A DNA stretch of 64,000 bases from Klebsormidium nitens (lineage: Eukaryota; Plantae; Klebsormidiophyceae), in assembly GCA_000708835.1 (NCBI GenBank), contig DF237324.1:27932-91931 (forward strand), in the 5' to 3' direction. Below, in pieces: positions 11,466-24,092 of this stretch. The number at the start of each line of letters is the position of its first letter. The stretch's first letter is position 1. The notes below the pieces were generated by a model. That model ran no database searches. It saw nothing but the letters and a program-made list of their open reading frames with translations, and was not told where the DNA came from. Both the position numbers and the translations under genes were made by a program.

Positions 11466-14400
11466 AGCTGCCGATAGCGGAGATCCTAAAGGAGGCGCAC
11501 ACGCGCTGGCTGCGGCCTTTGGAGGTATACGACATTCTGAGCAACTATCAGCACTACAACTTCAAGCTCAACAAGGAGGCTCCCGTCCTGCCTAAGAGTG
11601 AGCATGCCTTTGCAACCACGTTCTTGCCGCCTGGAAGTCGTAGGGGGTTGCGTTTTATCTATGAGAACCTGTTGCTCTCGTATCCTGCATTCCGTTTCTT
11701 GTACTGTGGGGGTTTACGCTGCGACCCTGAGATTGGACGATCATAAATGTATAAAGACGTTAATGGCATCTAGTAGTCCCGAATGCTTCATGGGTGTCTC
11801 CTTTACTTGGATTAAAAGCAAATGGATTGTCGAGAGCTTCTCCAGTGTCGTAAGACAGCGGCTTCGTTGGCCTCACCCTCACCATCCGGCTTTGGCGCAT
11901 GCGCAGGCGGGCAGCTGTACCTGTTTGACCGCAAGGAGGTGCGCTACTTCCGAAAGGACGGCCACGTGTGGACCAAGAAGAAGGACGGCAAGGCGGTGCA
12001 GGAGGCGCACGAGAAGCTCAAGGTGCCCCGCCGCAATCTTGGGTTGGCGTTTGGGATTAAGGGTTTGGAATTTTAGTTCCTTCAAGTCTCAAAACTTCAA
12101 CTCCCAAACTGTTGTAGCCCGGCAGGCAACCCTCACGTGTCCAAGCGAAGGCTGGCCGGTCCTTTCGAAGTTTTTGGCCAGTCGGTGTTCTGTGGTTCCT
12201 CCCGGGTTATTGAGCGGCCCGTGTTTTGAAGTCGATGTCAGGCTAGCGGCCAGGTTGGCAGTTGACAGGATTCCGCAGCAGTGGGCGCTCACTTGGGCGT
12301 TAACTACCGCCGGGCTGACGCTTAACGAGAATACAAAGTGCGACTTCAGAAGCCGTTTAGTTTGGCGGCCACCGCTTCCTGCGGTAAGGCAGAATCTGCT
12401 TTCACCTACTATTTTGTTCCAATTCGACACTGGTTGTAAATATGGGGTGTGGTCCTGACGCCTTGTGTAACTTTGTGCAGGTGGGAAGCCTTGAGATCCT
12501 GCACTGCTACTATGCGCACTCGGAGAAGGACGACCGCTTCCAGCGCCGCTGCTACTGGATGCTGGACGAGTGAGATTTTGCCTCTGCATTTCTTTGTTCT
12601 TGCCTCCCTCACCATGACTGCCTGTTCAGCTCGACCCTGCCGGACTCTGTCGTCGCCTCTCCCCAGCTTGACGGAACCCGCAGAAAGAGGGAGGGCACGG
12701 GTGTCCAAGCAGAATGCTTTCGTGCTTCGACGGCCTTTATCACACATAGAAGGCCACTTCACTTTCGTCAACTGTGGCCTGATAGTGCCAAGGCGGTTCT
12801 ACGGGGTGTCTGAGTGGGCTCACGTGCTCCAATCATAAGCTGCCAACAATTTTTGACGCCCTGATCTGTATGTTATCTGACAGTGCTCCTCTTCACGTGC
12901 AGAGCGCGTGAACGCGTGGTCCTGGTGCATTATCTACAGGTTACTGAGGTGAGCGCAACCTCCGTGCCACAGCGGGGCTACTGTCTGTGTTGTCAAGTTT
13001 CTGCTCCGGGCTGTGGATTTTGGCCGTGTTAAAGCGGACCTTCTGTGCCTTTTCGACCACAGACATTTTCCCCTTTGGGGCGGTCTGGTAATGATAAAGG
13101 TCACCCATTTGTATCTCTGTCATAATTCGCTTGATAAGCTGCGAAGAGACGTCTAGCCAGACACTTTGTCAGTGTGCTTTGTCATTGATTTCATTCTTTT
13201 CCCTTCACTCTCTTTCATTGTTGATTGGTTGAGAACGGTTTTTGCAAACGGTAAGGTCTTTTGGCAAGTCTCGATCGAGGTTTGACGCAGTTACTGCTGA
13301 ATCGCCTGGCACGCATCTTCCCCGATCAGGTCATGCACCGTGCTTTCTCCCCTTCCCGATCCAAGATGGAGCTTTGCCTCAAACTTGAAATTGTTTAAAT
13401 GCGCAGGCGGCCCACCCCGGGGATCACCTCCAGCCCCTTGGCCTGCTCCCGCGCAAGGCGCTACTGCACCCGGTGAAGCGCATCCCGGCCAGCGAGAGCA
13501 GCCAGGGCAGCGAGTCAGAGGAGGACCGCGCGTCGCCCAACGCCGTTTTGCCACACCCGGCGCGGCCGCGAAAGGCCCTTCCGAAGCGCCACAGTTTCGC
13601 CGGGGGTCACAAGGGCACCAAGCGGCACGCCGACGACGGCGAGGGGATCCCCGCGGACCCGCATCGGGTGCCAAAGTCGGAGCCGGCGTCGGACGGGTCG
13701 AGCCAGGGCACCGGGAAAGCGCGCCGGCATGGGGAGGAGGGGAACGGGGCGCAGGCGCGGGGGGAGAACCAGGAAACGGGGCTGACGAAGCAAGGGTCGC
13801 AGGATCTGACGAGCGTGGGGGGTGCGCTGGAGGCGGCAGTGCGCGACGGGGTGTTCCAAATGGAGGTCGATATGTCGCGGCCCAATGGGGGCGCTGCGCT
13901 GGACGCGCTGGGAGACGTCGCGTGGCAAGACTGGCAGCAGCAGCAAAAAGTTTCTGCAGCGGGGGGGTATCCTTGGGATGTGCCTGCCGGCCCCCCAAGC
14001 TGGCCCGTGGCTCCGGAAACGACGGCGCCGTTTCCGTGGGACCCGCGGGAAGAGCCGTGGCAGGGGTTGCCTCGTCAGGAGTCCGCCGGAAATTTAGCGC
14101 CGCCGCCCCCGCTTCTTCTTCCCGCCGACCCGGGGGCGGCGACCGGCATGGAGTTGTGGGATGCCAACAACTGGGGAGGGGCGCCCCCCCTCGAGGGTGC
14201 GAGCGAGGCCGCGTTGTGGCTCAAGGGAGAGGACGAGCGCGCGCCGGCGGCGCAGATGGTCCCGGTTACCAGCGCAGACGTGGCGCCAAATGCGGTGCTG
14301 TTGAACACGCCGTCGGGCGACTGGACCGCCAGCTGGAGCGGCGGCACGCCCGCGGCCGCTCTAGATCTCTCGCGCGCGTGGCCCGACGCCGCGCGCACCT

Positions 14401-17400
14401 CTTGGCCGCCCGCCGGCGCCCCCCCCAGCGTTTGGGTCCCCACGCAACCACCCCCGGCCCACGAAATGCCAATCGTTCACGAGCCCGGGCCCGCGACCGG
14501 AGCGCCCTCGGGGAAGCCCCCCCGGCCGCCGTCGCTGCCGCGGCTGCGGCCGCTCAAGAACTTACGGGCGCTCGCGGTGCCGGACGGGGCCGCGCATTCG
14601 GGGGTCGGGGTGGGGTCCCCGTTTCTCGTGCCGGAGTCGCCGACGGTCGTCCAGGTATTGCGGGAGATGCACACAGACGCGGGCAGCCGGCCGGGCTCGG
14701 CGGCGCCCATTCCGGAGGAGGCCGAGCGGAATGAGTTTGAGGAGCGGAAGGATGAGGAAGGGGCGCAGATGGAGGAGGCGGGGCCGGACGAGCGGGCCGG
14801 GGGGCACGCCAGGAGCGCAGGCCAGCAGCTGCCGTGGTTCGAGATCCAGGATTGCAGCCCGGAGTGGGACTACTCCGTCGGAGGTGCGAAGGTACGTGGT
14901 CGACATTTTTTGTTGCTTCTACTCAGATAATGCACTGTTCGCAGGTTCCAGGCGTCTAGTCAAACGGTGACTAGCTCAGGTCCTGGAGGCTTGTTCCATG
15001 GACCGGCTCAGACTCTTGAGGCGTGTTCCTTGGTTGGCTCAGATCCTGGATGTGGATGTGGAGTGCCGGTGTTGTTCTGTCACTCTACTATGTGGCTGGA
15101 CACGCTGCTGCTGTCGTTGTTTCCGCCTTCACACTTCCCAATCCCTTCGACCCATCTGCTCCCGTACCTCCGCACTGTTTCTCCTACCGCTCACTCCGCG
15201 CCTTTCTCTTTTGCCAGGTACTGCTTGTTGGCACGTGGCACCTCCCCGACGACTCTCCGCCCGGCGCGAGCGACGACTTCCGCGCGTCCGTCACGTTCGG
15301 CGGCGCCGAGGTTCCCGCGGAACCGGTTGGGCCTTGCTTGCGATGCACCGCGCCCGCGCACATGCCGGGTCGCGTTCCGCTGTGCGTAACCTTTGGCGAG
15401 AACCAGCCCGCGAGCGCTTCGCGCGAGTTCGAGTACCGCCCAAGTCCGGTTGCGTACGTCACGCGCCGCAGCGCCGCTGGGGGGGGCGCGCTTGCGGTCG
15501 AGGACGCGGTGGACGAGGACGACGATGCGGCGCTACAGGTGCGGCGTGTGGGCATATTTGCTTTGACTCTGTAAAGGATAAGTCCAGTCAACGACAAGCT
15601 CTCGACCTAACGAAACTACCCAGTTCGGACATCTACGCAACCCGCACTCGCACCCACCCTAAGCCCCTGACTGGCTCCATCCCTCCCAGGACTGTCCTTT
15701 TGTTGTTCTGTAGGTTAGCTTTCACTGCATTCGTCGAAATTGAGAGAGCAACTCCCGTTGCTCAGCTGGTACGGCTCTCAAAATGATGATTTGCCTTCAG
15801 AACAATGCCTCCAGTGATTTCGAAACTGGGCTTAGCTCACCTCGTTGTTTCTCCCGTGCTCTTCTGAAGTTGAAGAGGGGACGGACCACCGACTGGCGCC
15901 CCGTATGACGCTCCTGTGTCTGCTACCGACGAGCCCGCTGTGCCAACAGAATCTAATTTGTTCTGTCGTTGCAGGTGCGGCTCGCGCGATTGTTGCTCGA
16001 GGGGGGTGCCGGCGAGGGGGGGAACAGCGACGGGGAAGAGTGGGAGGAGTTGCTGCGCACCGAGCGCGTGACCGGGTGCGTGCAGGACGGTCTCCTGCAG
16101 CGGGTCCTCCGTCACGTGTTGCATTTATGGCTCGCGCGCGCAGGCCAGGGGGATCCCCTAACGTACGACGGGTACGCGCCGTTTGGCCGGGCGGGAGACG
16201 CGGCGCCAGGCGGGTTAACAGGTCTAAACGAGGTCGGTTTAAGCGCGCTGCACATGGCGGCGGCGCTCGGGTACGAGTGGGCGGTTACGGCACTTGTCGA
16301 TGCAGGGTGCCCGGTGGATTTGAAGGACGCGCGGGGGCGCACCGCGCTGCACTGGGCGGCCGCGCGCGGGCGCGAGAAGGTGGTTGCGCAGCTGCTGACG
16401 CACGGCGCGGCGCCCGGGATGCTGGCCACGAAAGGCGGGTGCACGCCCGCGGACCTCGCCGCTACGTGCGGGCACGCGGGGATTGCGGCGTTCCTCGCGG
16501 AGTGCGCGCTCAACCGGAGCCTGAGCAACATGACGATCAACGAGGACATGGCGGCCGCGAGCGACGCAGCCGAGGCGGGCGCCGCCGCGGTCGCGGTCGC
16601 GACGGGCAGCCAGGGCGTGCCGCGTGGCAGCGATGCGGGGCTCGAGAACGCGCTCGAGGCGGTGCGCAACGCGGCCCGCGCGGCCGCGCTGATTCAGAGC
16701 GCGTACCGGCGACGGCGGCGGCAGCGGCAGCAGAGGGCGCAGCAGGGGCGGATTCCGGGGGAGGGCGAGCGGGACGAGGCAGCGGACGGAATGAACGGAA
16801 TGGCGGGGGGGGTGGAGGAGCAGCAGAAGATGGAGACGGAGCATCAGGCGGCCACACGCATTCAGGGCGCGTTCCGCAAATTCGCAGACCGGAAAGAGTT
16901 CCTGAGCTTCCGGAACAAGGTGGTGCGACTGCAGGTGAGGGTCTGCACCCGAGCTCTGGACTTCAATCGGGCCAGTATGGGTTGACTGTAAAGGAAAGGG
17001 TTTGGGTGTGGCTTCACCCTTAACGGCCCAATATAGAGGGAGCTCACACTTCATCAGGGGCATTCGGGTGCAGTCGATTTACATGCTTTGTTTCCATGAG
17101 AACCTAACCAAGGCACTCGCTTACAAGGCTATCGCGGTTGATAGCAAGTGCTCATACCTAAACCCCTTTCTTCTTTCTTTTCCGAGAGGTTTTTGGGAAC
17201 TGAACCGCCTGCCTTGATTAGAAGCTCGAGGGCTCGAGAGTATGCTTTGCTAAAGAACTGCGACGCGAGCACAACATCTCACCACGTATTGCTCGTATAA
17301 AACGCATATTGTTCTTTGGGCACTCATGACCAGGAGTCCGTATTTTGTAAGAGGAAGCTGTCCGTATTAATTCAGGGGCGTACGTGTCATGAACGTGTCA

Positions 17401-17822
17401 CCCTGTTTATGTTGCAGGCTGCCGTGCGCGGCTACCTCCAACGACAAAAGTACCGTCGCATGCTGATTGGTGGCGCGTACGGGTGGCGCCTGCGGAGCGC
17501 GGACAAGCGGCCGCGCTCCGCAAGGTACCACGTGGACGAGACTGAGCTGCCACCGCTGCCGAGCCCGCTCGGAGAAGCTGCTGGGGAGGAGTGGCGTAAC
17601 GTTGGGGGGACCGATTCAAATTATGCGCTTGACCGCGCAGTCACAAGGGTTCAAGCGATGGTCCGGTCGCGCCAAGCTCGAGCGCAGTACTTGCGACTGC
17701 GCCAGGCGTCGCAGTCAATGCAGGTGGAGCATTGGCAGCATCAGCATGGCGTCATGCAAGAGCCGCACGTGCGGTTCGCCGAGGCCTCGGACGTGTTTGA
17801 CCCGAGCGTTTATCTCGTATGA
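11466..17822 (+). CDS. CAMTA: Calmodulin-binding transcription activator (CG-1, TIG, ankyrin repeats, IQ motifs, CaM-binding helix)
   Basis: Exons 11466-11597, 11907-12022, 12481-12569, 12903-12948, ~13407-14891, 15218-15538, 15975-16934, 17418-17822. CG-1 motifs EAHTRWLRP, LFDRKEVRYFRKDGH, HCYYAH, FQRRCYWML, LVHY. TIG motif SPEWDY..KVLLVG. Ankyrin motifs LHMAAALG and LHWAAARG. IQ motifs IQGAFR and LQAAVRG. The start-codon exon is upstream and uncertain (candidate ATG at 11158). Confidence 0.95.
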
Positions 17823-18763
17823 ATTATATTGCATAGTACATATACTGGTGCCTCTCAGGTCTGCAATTTTATATGATAAGATATATTGTGGCATTTTTGT
17901 CGAGGCAATAAGGTGTTGAGGTCCTTTAGAAAGGTCAGCGTCCGCATGGACAGTGGTTGTGCTAGACACACCACCATAGCATGCCTGACGACAGTGGCAA
18001 GTGTTTCTGCTTTTAAGTTGGACAATGATTCAGATCTTCTCATGCAACTAAGATATATCAAGTCTGAAAACATACATGCATAGTTTGCGATGATCGATGC
18101 ATGCAAAACTATTGTGATCGAGGCAGGCACCTGCAATTAACACCGGGGTAAACCGCGAATCATGCAACTGTTGCTCGAAATTAGATGGTTCAACATGAAG
18201 ATCTATAGCTGGCCGAGAATCCGGATGCAGCGCGGTGCTAGCGGCATACCTAGGGGCATTTTTCCGGCCCGCAAAATCGAATATATACATGCATGCATGC
18301 ATGCCGCATGGCCGGATGCAGATCAACCTGGCTACGAATGATGCCGGCATACTTATTTGATGCTGCACGATATATAGGTACCCGTACTATGCTCTGTAAG
18401 AGCATCAAACCTTTACAGAGCAGGTCTTCAAGTTAGCTAGGACTCAGCAAGGTCTACAACATGATAAACAGATCCACGATGACAATGACAAATACTTCTC
18501 CAGAAGGAAGGACGCTAAAACGGGAACTGAAAACCATGCAGCCTAATCTGCTTGCCAGCTGAGACGTGCTAACATTGCACCAAGCAGTGTATCCGACTTT
18601 ACATTCAGTAGATGCCTGGAAAACCTTACCTTACTAAGAATATGTTTCCAGTTGACGTTGATTTGGAAAGGCATGCGTTTCGTTCCACGTTCATCATTAT
18701 ATACAAAACCGCTTATTAGAGACTCAACCTCGCTTGTTGGTTGACAAGACAGACCCTCCGAAC

Positions 18764-21700
18764 TCATAATTGCTGAGTCGTGACAAACGGCTGTGCCCGG
18801 CTCACGGGCAGCGCATATGTCCCATTTGCCGCGATGGCCAAGTCTTCCGAGGCATGGGAATCCCCGTTCGTTTCAAGAGCGGGCTCCACAGTAAGCATCC
18901 CATCCATAGGCGCCGGCCCCTGACCCTGTGAATCCAGGATGTGACGCACCCGCTCGATGATCTTCTCCTTCGTGCCTGACGTTTTCTGCCCTTGCGAGAG
19001 GAGAAAGTTGCGGATGACCGCCGTGGGTAAAGTGTCCAGGCTGCCGCTGTGGTGCTTCTCCTGGACCTGCAAGCATCACAACGCCCAACCTGCTGACGCG
19101 TCTAGAGAGACGGCACGTATCGTTCCATTTAGTATATTACACGATCTTTGTACTAAAGGGTGCGGAGGCGTTCTATAGGACTGTGCCCTTTCACGTATGC
19201 GCAGTGTGTTTCGTCTGTACATTGATGAGCCTGTTCAAGGAGGAGCCCGGAACTCATACGCTCGAGAGTACCGCCCTGACTACTCAGAAACGATAAGCAA
19301 GCAGGCGGGATGAACCTTTAGCTTTCCAGAAATCACGAGGTGGCCCCTCCAGTAAGATGAAGTCGAAAGGGAGACGGTATGCAGCACTTCAGAGAAGGTT
19401 TCTCTCTCCAAAGCAGTGATTGTGTTACATTCCAAAGCAGCAGCCCCACCGTTTGTGCGGCCTGCGCAATCCTCTCCGCAGGGCTGAGGTGCTCCCGCTC
19501 CAAAATGACTAGTGACAGGATGGGAAGAAATTACAAAGGCCCGTACTCCGCAAAGAGGCCCGTCCCTCTAACATGAGAGTGACAAGGAAGAAGATCTATT
19601 AGACTTTAACGACAGTTACACCTTCGAAAGCACGAAATGTCTGAAGTATCTGAGGTGGCAGCCCTACCGTCTGTGCGTCCTGCGCGATCCTCTCCGCAGG
19701 GCTGAGGTGCTCCCGCTCCATCCGCTGCAAGCGCTTCTTGGTCAGCTTCGGGGGCTCCACTCTCTGCACGCATCGAGAGGCTGCACTTTCAGACGGGAAC
19801 TCGAGCGGGATCCTTTAGAAAAGCGAGCTGACAAGCGCTTCTTAGTCAGCTTCGGGGGCTCCACTCTCTGCACACGCCAAGAGGCTTTTCAGACGGGAAC
19901 TAGAGCGGGATGCTTCAGAAAAGCGAACTGACAAGCGCTTCTTGGTCAGCTTCGGAGGCTCCACTCTCTGCACACAACGAGAGGCTGCACTTTCAGACGG
20001 GGACTAAATGCTTCAGAGAAGCGAGCTGACTAGCGGAGCCTGCGGTTCCTTCGTAAGCGTCCGCGCCGATCAACATTGCTAAACAGGTGAACACTCCGGC
20101 ATGGCAGGTTATGCTTGGGTTACTGAGTACGTTTGGAACTGTCACAGGGTGTTCAGAGGGTTAAGCGGTTAACCATTAATCAAGTAACACAGGACGACCA
20201 CCTTTCAGTTGATGCAGACCCCGACCTTTGTAGAAGCAGGTCGCAACCAAATGTTATCCTATTGAAAGCAAAACATCTTTGTGCCAAATCAGAGGCTCCC
20301 TTACAGTGTCAAGGAAATGTGTACCGGCTTCCAGGGACGATGTAACGCTATCTGCTCTTGGTCTGCTCATCTTCTTCAACAGCTTTGAAGATCTTGGAAC
20401 TGTATTTGCGTATCATACAGCAGTTGCCCCAGAAGCTCTGCCCCGGTACAGAAGCCAATATACAAGCTTGTCAAAACGGACTGTTCAACATCAATTGCGC
20501 AAGTTGAAGCTCTTCCCCCATCTGACGACCTCCCATAAAGAGAAGCAAACAGGCATGAATCATCTTGACCACTGGTCCTAAAAGACCATTAGAACGAGGC
20601 CTATCAAATCAGGCGACCCGGATTCCTTTTAAGAATGTCGAACGTTCGTTCATGGGATGAGAGAAGTGTGAATACGCTCTCTAGTCGGACACTCGATGCC
20701 AAGATTCTTGTTGGCGGTTTCCATCGGGAGATCTGATTACCAAAAAGGGTGCTCTCAGTAAACTGGGATCCTGAACAGAGGAGATGTGGATACGCACTCT
20801 TGTTGGAATGTTGATGCCGCACTCCTTCTTGGCCGTTTCCATACGGGGATCCCCCAACAAATGCCGCAGCAGGGGCGCCTCCAATTTCGGGTCTCCTCGG
20901 CACGCGTTCTTGAATTGGGTGATGACATCATCTGGACTCGAAGAAAAGTGGCATGATGAGACAAAGGACGCTGAATGTAGTGTTGTCCAGCAATTGGTTG
21001 TGATGATCGCTCCAGATAGGGGCAGATGGCGCGAAACTAGCGGCAATAAAGGTGGGCTTTTTGCTCATAATTGCGGGCAGCGAATCAATTCTCCTTTGGG
21101 AGGATTTTCTGCCAAGAGCAGCTGTTGGAGTAAATTGTCTGGATACGAATAAGCGAGAGATGCGGTAAGATACGCCTTAATAGCAGAGGTGCAGATACTG
21201 TAGGCCTATATTTTTGGGGGCAGGCTTGTCAACATGAGCAGATACAAACCCACCCATTGTCTCAAAGTGTGCCAAAGTGGATTATGAATTAAGTCAGACC
21301 AAGGGCCAGGGCATTCTGCCTACCTAAAAAGGAGTCTTCAGCGGTGACCCAACAGCCTGTTCTGAAGACAGAAAGTATAGCCTGACGCATGCATCATATA
21401 AATCTCTTTTGCTTTCTCCCAACGCACAGCAAGGAACATGGTAAATTGGGCATGGTGTATGCATTTGAATTTGTCCAATCTCAACACATTACCGTTCTGA
21501 CTGACCGAAAATAGTTACACAGAAGCAGACTGCGCCAACACTGGGGCAGCTCAATTTAGAACTTGACCTTCTGACAAGTCTGAGAGAGTCGGACTATCCT
21601 TGATGGGTTAGCAGGTAAAGTCATGATGCTTCCAAGAAGCTACATCAGAGCACAGAATGTGATCGGCCTGATGGTTGTTTTCAACTTGTGAAAGTGAAAG

Positions 21701-21926
21701 ACAGAGAATCTGGAAGACCCAAAAGCGACTGGAATACAAAGAAGCGTACCGGCAGACTTCTCGAGACGCTTGCGCGTGCCCTCCCCAGGCCGAAAGTCCT
21801 TTCGCACTCTGGTCGTCTTTTTCACGGAAGGTTGTGCCAATGGCTCTTCACCAAGGTTCAAGCCTGCAGCTCTTATGAAGGAATCTTCTCCTGCAGCTCT
21901 TATGAAGGCATCTTCGTCTGCCATCC
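18764..21926 (-). CDS. Multi-exon protein with a C-terminal SAP domain; model partial, probably extending upstream toward ~23.9 kb
   Basis: Supported exons 21926-21750, 21356-21324, 20931-20798, 19724-19668, 19066-18764. SAP-like motif LDTLPTAVIRNFLLSQGQKTSGTKEKIIERVRHIL. Exons between 20798 and 19724 and upstream of 21926 are not resolved. Confidence 0.6.
19728..20030. repeat. Intronic tandem repeat, 3 x ~100 bp, abutting an acceptor of the SAP gene
   Basis: Units start with caagcgcttctt(g/a)gtcagcttcgg at 19728, 19832 and 19932. Confidence 0.9.
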
Positions 21927-24092
21927 CTCAATACAGAGACTACTCGGCAAGAAACATTGAGTATCCTTGGGGACTAGCAATCTGGTAATTGAGAATGTGG
22001 CTAAGAGGTTTGAACTGTCTTGCTCCTTGGTGCTTTTGTACCTGATTGCTTACAGCAGTTTGACTGCCAAAGTGCTACCAAAAACAGACCTTGACCAGAG
22101 CTGCGTCACCGAAGCCCCTGCGTAGCAGATTGCAAAATGTTTTCCATGGTCATGTCAAGCGGTCTCCATAGTTTCTTCCAATGATTTCAAACCGGCCACC
22201 AGAATGCGCGCTTTGTTCCTCTGCTTTGCCCGTCTCAAAATGCACAGTGAACAACAGGAGAGCAAGAGTAACTCCCCTAACCTGCCTGTAGAGCAACGTT
22301 CTAGATCTAGGCAGGCGGCTGGTAGCCAAGGGAACGACTGTCCTTTCCAGAATGCTGAGACGCCAGAGGGAGACAGTGACTCAAATAATCCTTTTTCTGA
22401 GAGAATCCTTTTGGTGCCCTCGTCAAATACCTGGAGACCTTTGACACCACCTCCCACCGGGGCCGTTCTTACCAAGCCAACCAGGGGATCTCTGGGACAA
22501 GATTTCTGATTGACAAGTTGGACCTCAGCTGCCTCGGTTGATCAAGTTTCTCTCGGGACTTGCAAATTCGCCCCTGCTATTGGAGTAAAGTGTCAAGCAG
22601 AAACCAAGCATAATTAAAAGAGCATGACACGAGTCAGCAGCTGTCAGCAGCAGAGCCAGAAATCAAATTGAAGAGGAGGAAGAAAGGCAGGTCAGAGGGG
22701 CGTCAGGCAAGGTGCTCGTCTTCCAAGCGGTGCTGTTGGCTGCATCCATCGACACCCATGATCTTGAGTGTCGGTCAACTTTTTGCGTCTTTTTTTGGGG
22801 AAAGGCAGCGGTACGAGTAACCTTCAAGAGGTGAGATTGCCTTGGTTGCCGCTGCCGGTTGAAACGACCAGCGTATTGCAAGATTACTTCGATCTTTTGC
22901 TTTAAGGCTCTGTTTGAGAGGCTGTATGTGGAGGTCAATGAAACAGCACAGGATCTACTAAGCTCACTGGCATCGCAAAGGGACAGCTGTTGATGCATCA
23001 TTACCAATTCGATTCGAGCCCGGGCTACATTTTTGCCACAAGCTTGTAAGTATGTAGGTGATTCCACTGCCCTTTTTTAGGCTTATCTTGAAAGTACGGA
23101 TTTCGCTAATCAACATATGTAGAGCGCTGTTGAGTTCCACCACTTCTAGCCCCGGTAAAACTCAGGTCGAGTAGATGATTGTTGTAGTTGAATGCATCAG
23201 CCCCCTGCGCTAGGCCAACTAGTGCACTTTGGAGTTTTTTTATCCACACGGCAATCAATATGCATATGCTAGATGCCTCGGAAAGCTCCCGACCATTGAG
23301 TATTTAAGTCCTATTATCCTTGTCAGAATCTGAGCCTCCCACTCCAAAAAGCTCCTTGCATCCACCTAGCGCATGGGCGAGTCACATCTGAACGATCTCC
23401 ATCAATCTGCACTCTGATTTGTGTCACGACGTCATTGCATTTGAGTCTTCAATCTAAAGGTCAGGCTCAAAGTAGACGCCTTGCGGTCACTTTCACACAG
23501 AGTTATCCATTTTGATCTTCAGAAGCTTCGACAAGATACGAAATCTAACTTTAGCGCACAATTTTGAGTGTCAACTAAGAATCTACCCTCCAGAAAAGGG
23601 AAAGCGCAGACTTATAGATGCCGGTGGGCGACACACATGGACGTTGCTGACATTCAAGGCGCCACTTACTGCAATATTCAAGTTGTAACGGTTTGCAAAC
23701 GGTCTAGCAAGTCATTGCTGTTTGCCGCACCGCAAGTAGCTTGTTCGGTTGCACCAACGACACCCCAATGGAGTGACATCTGAAAGCTGAAAGCCTTTTA
23801 GATATTGCACTTTGTCTCATGCAGCAAGCCACCACTTATCGCACCAAAGGACAACTTCCTGCGTGTAAAACTGCTCCATTGGTTGTTTCAAGACCACAAT
23901 GATTATTTCCAATCTTGGTATCCGCACCGTGCTTAAAGCAAACATCTTCTTTTCAACTTCCCTCGTGCAGTGTAGCAGACGGCCGTTGACTACTTCCAAT
24001 CAACAGCCGCGAGCCTTGTATTGGCTCACGACGTTTTCCCAGAGCCGTCGACTCTCCCGCCCCTCTCCCCCCTCCCCCCCAAATTATAACCG

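Noticed and set aside
13291-17063. Many long alternative-frame and antisense ORFs over the CAMTA exons (similarly over CC2D2A exons)
   Set aside because: They are shadows of very GC-rich coding exons (few stop codons). They translate to R/G/A/P-rich nonsense while the sense frame has the family motifs.
22140-23950. Candidate upstream exons of the SAP gene (e.g. VDARSFLEWEAQILTRIIGLKYSM; SLKAKDRSNLAIRWSFQP, faintly XRCC4/XLF-like)
   Set aside because: I could not build a phase-consistent chain, and the resemblance is too weak to call without an HMM search.
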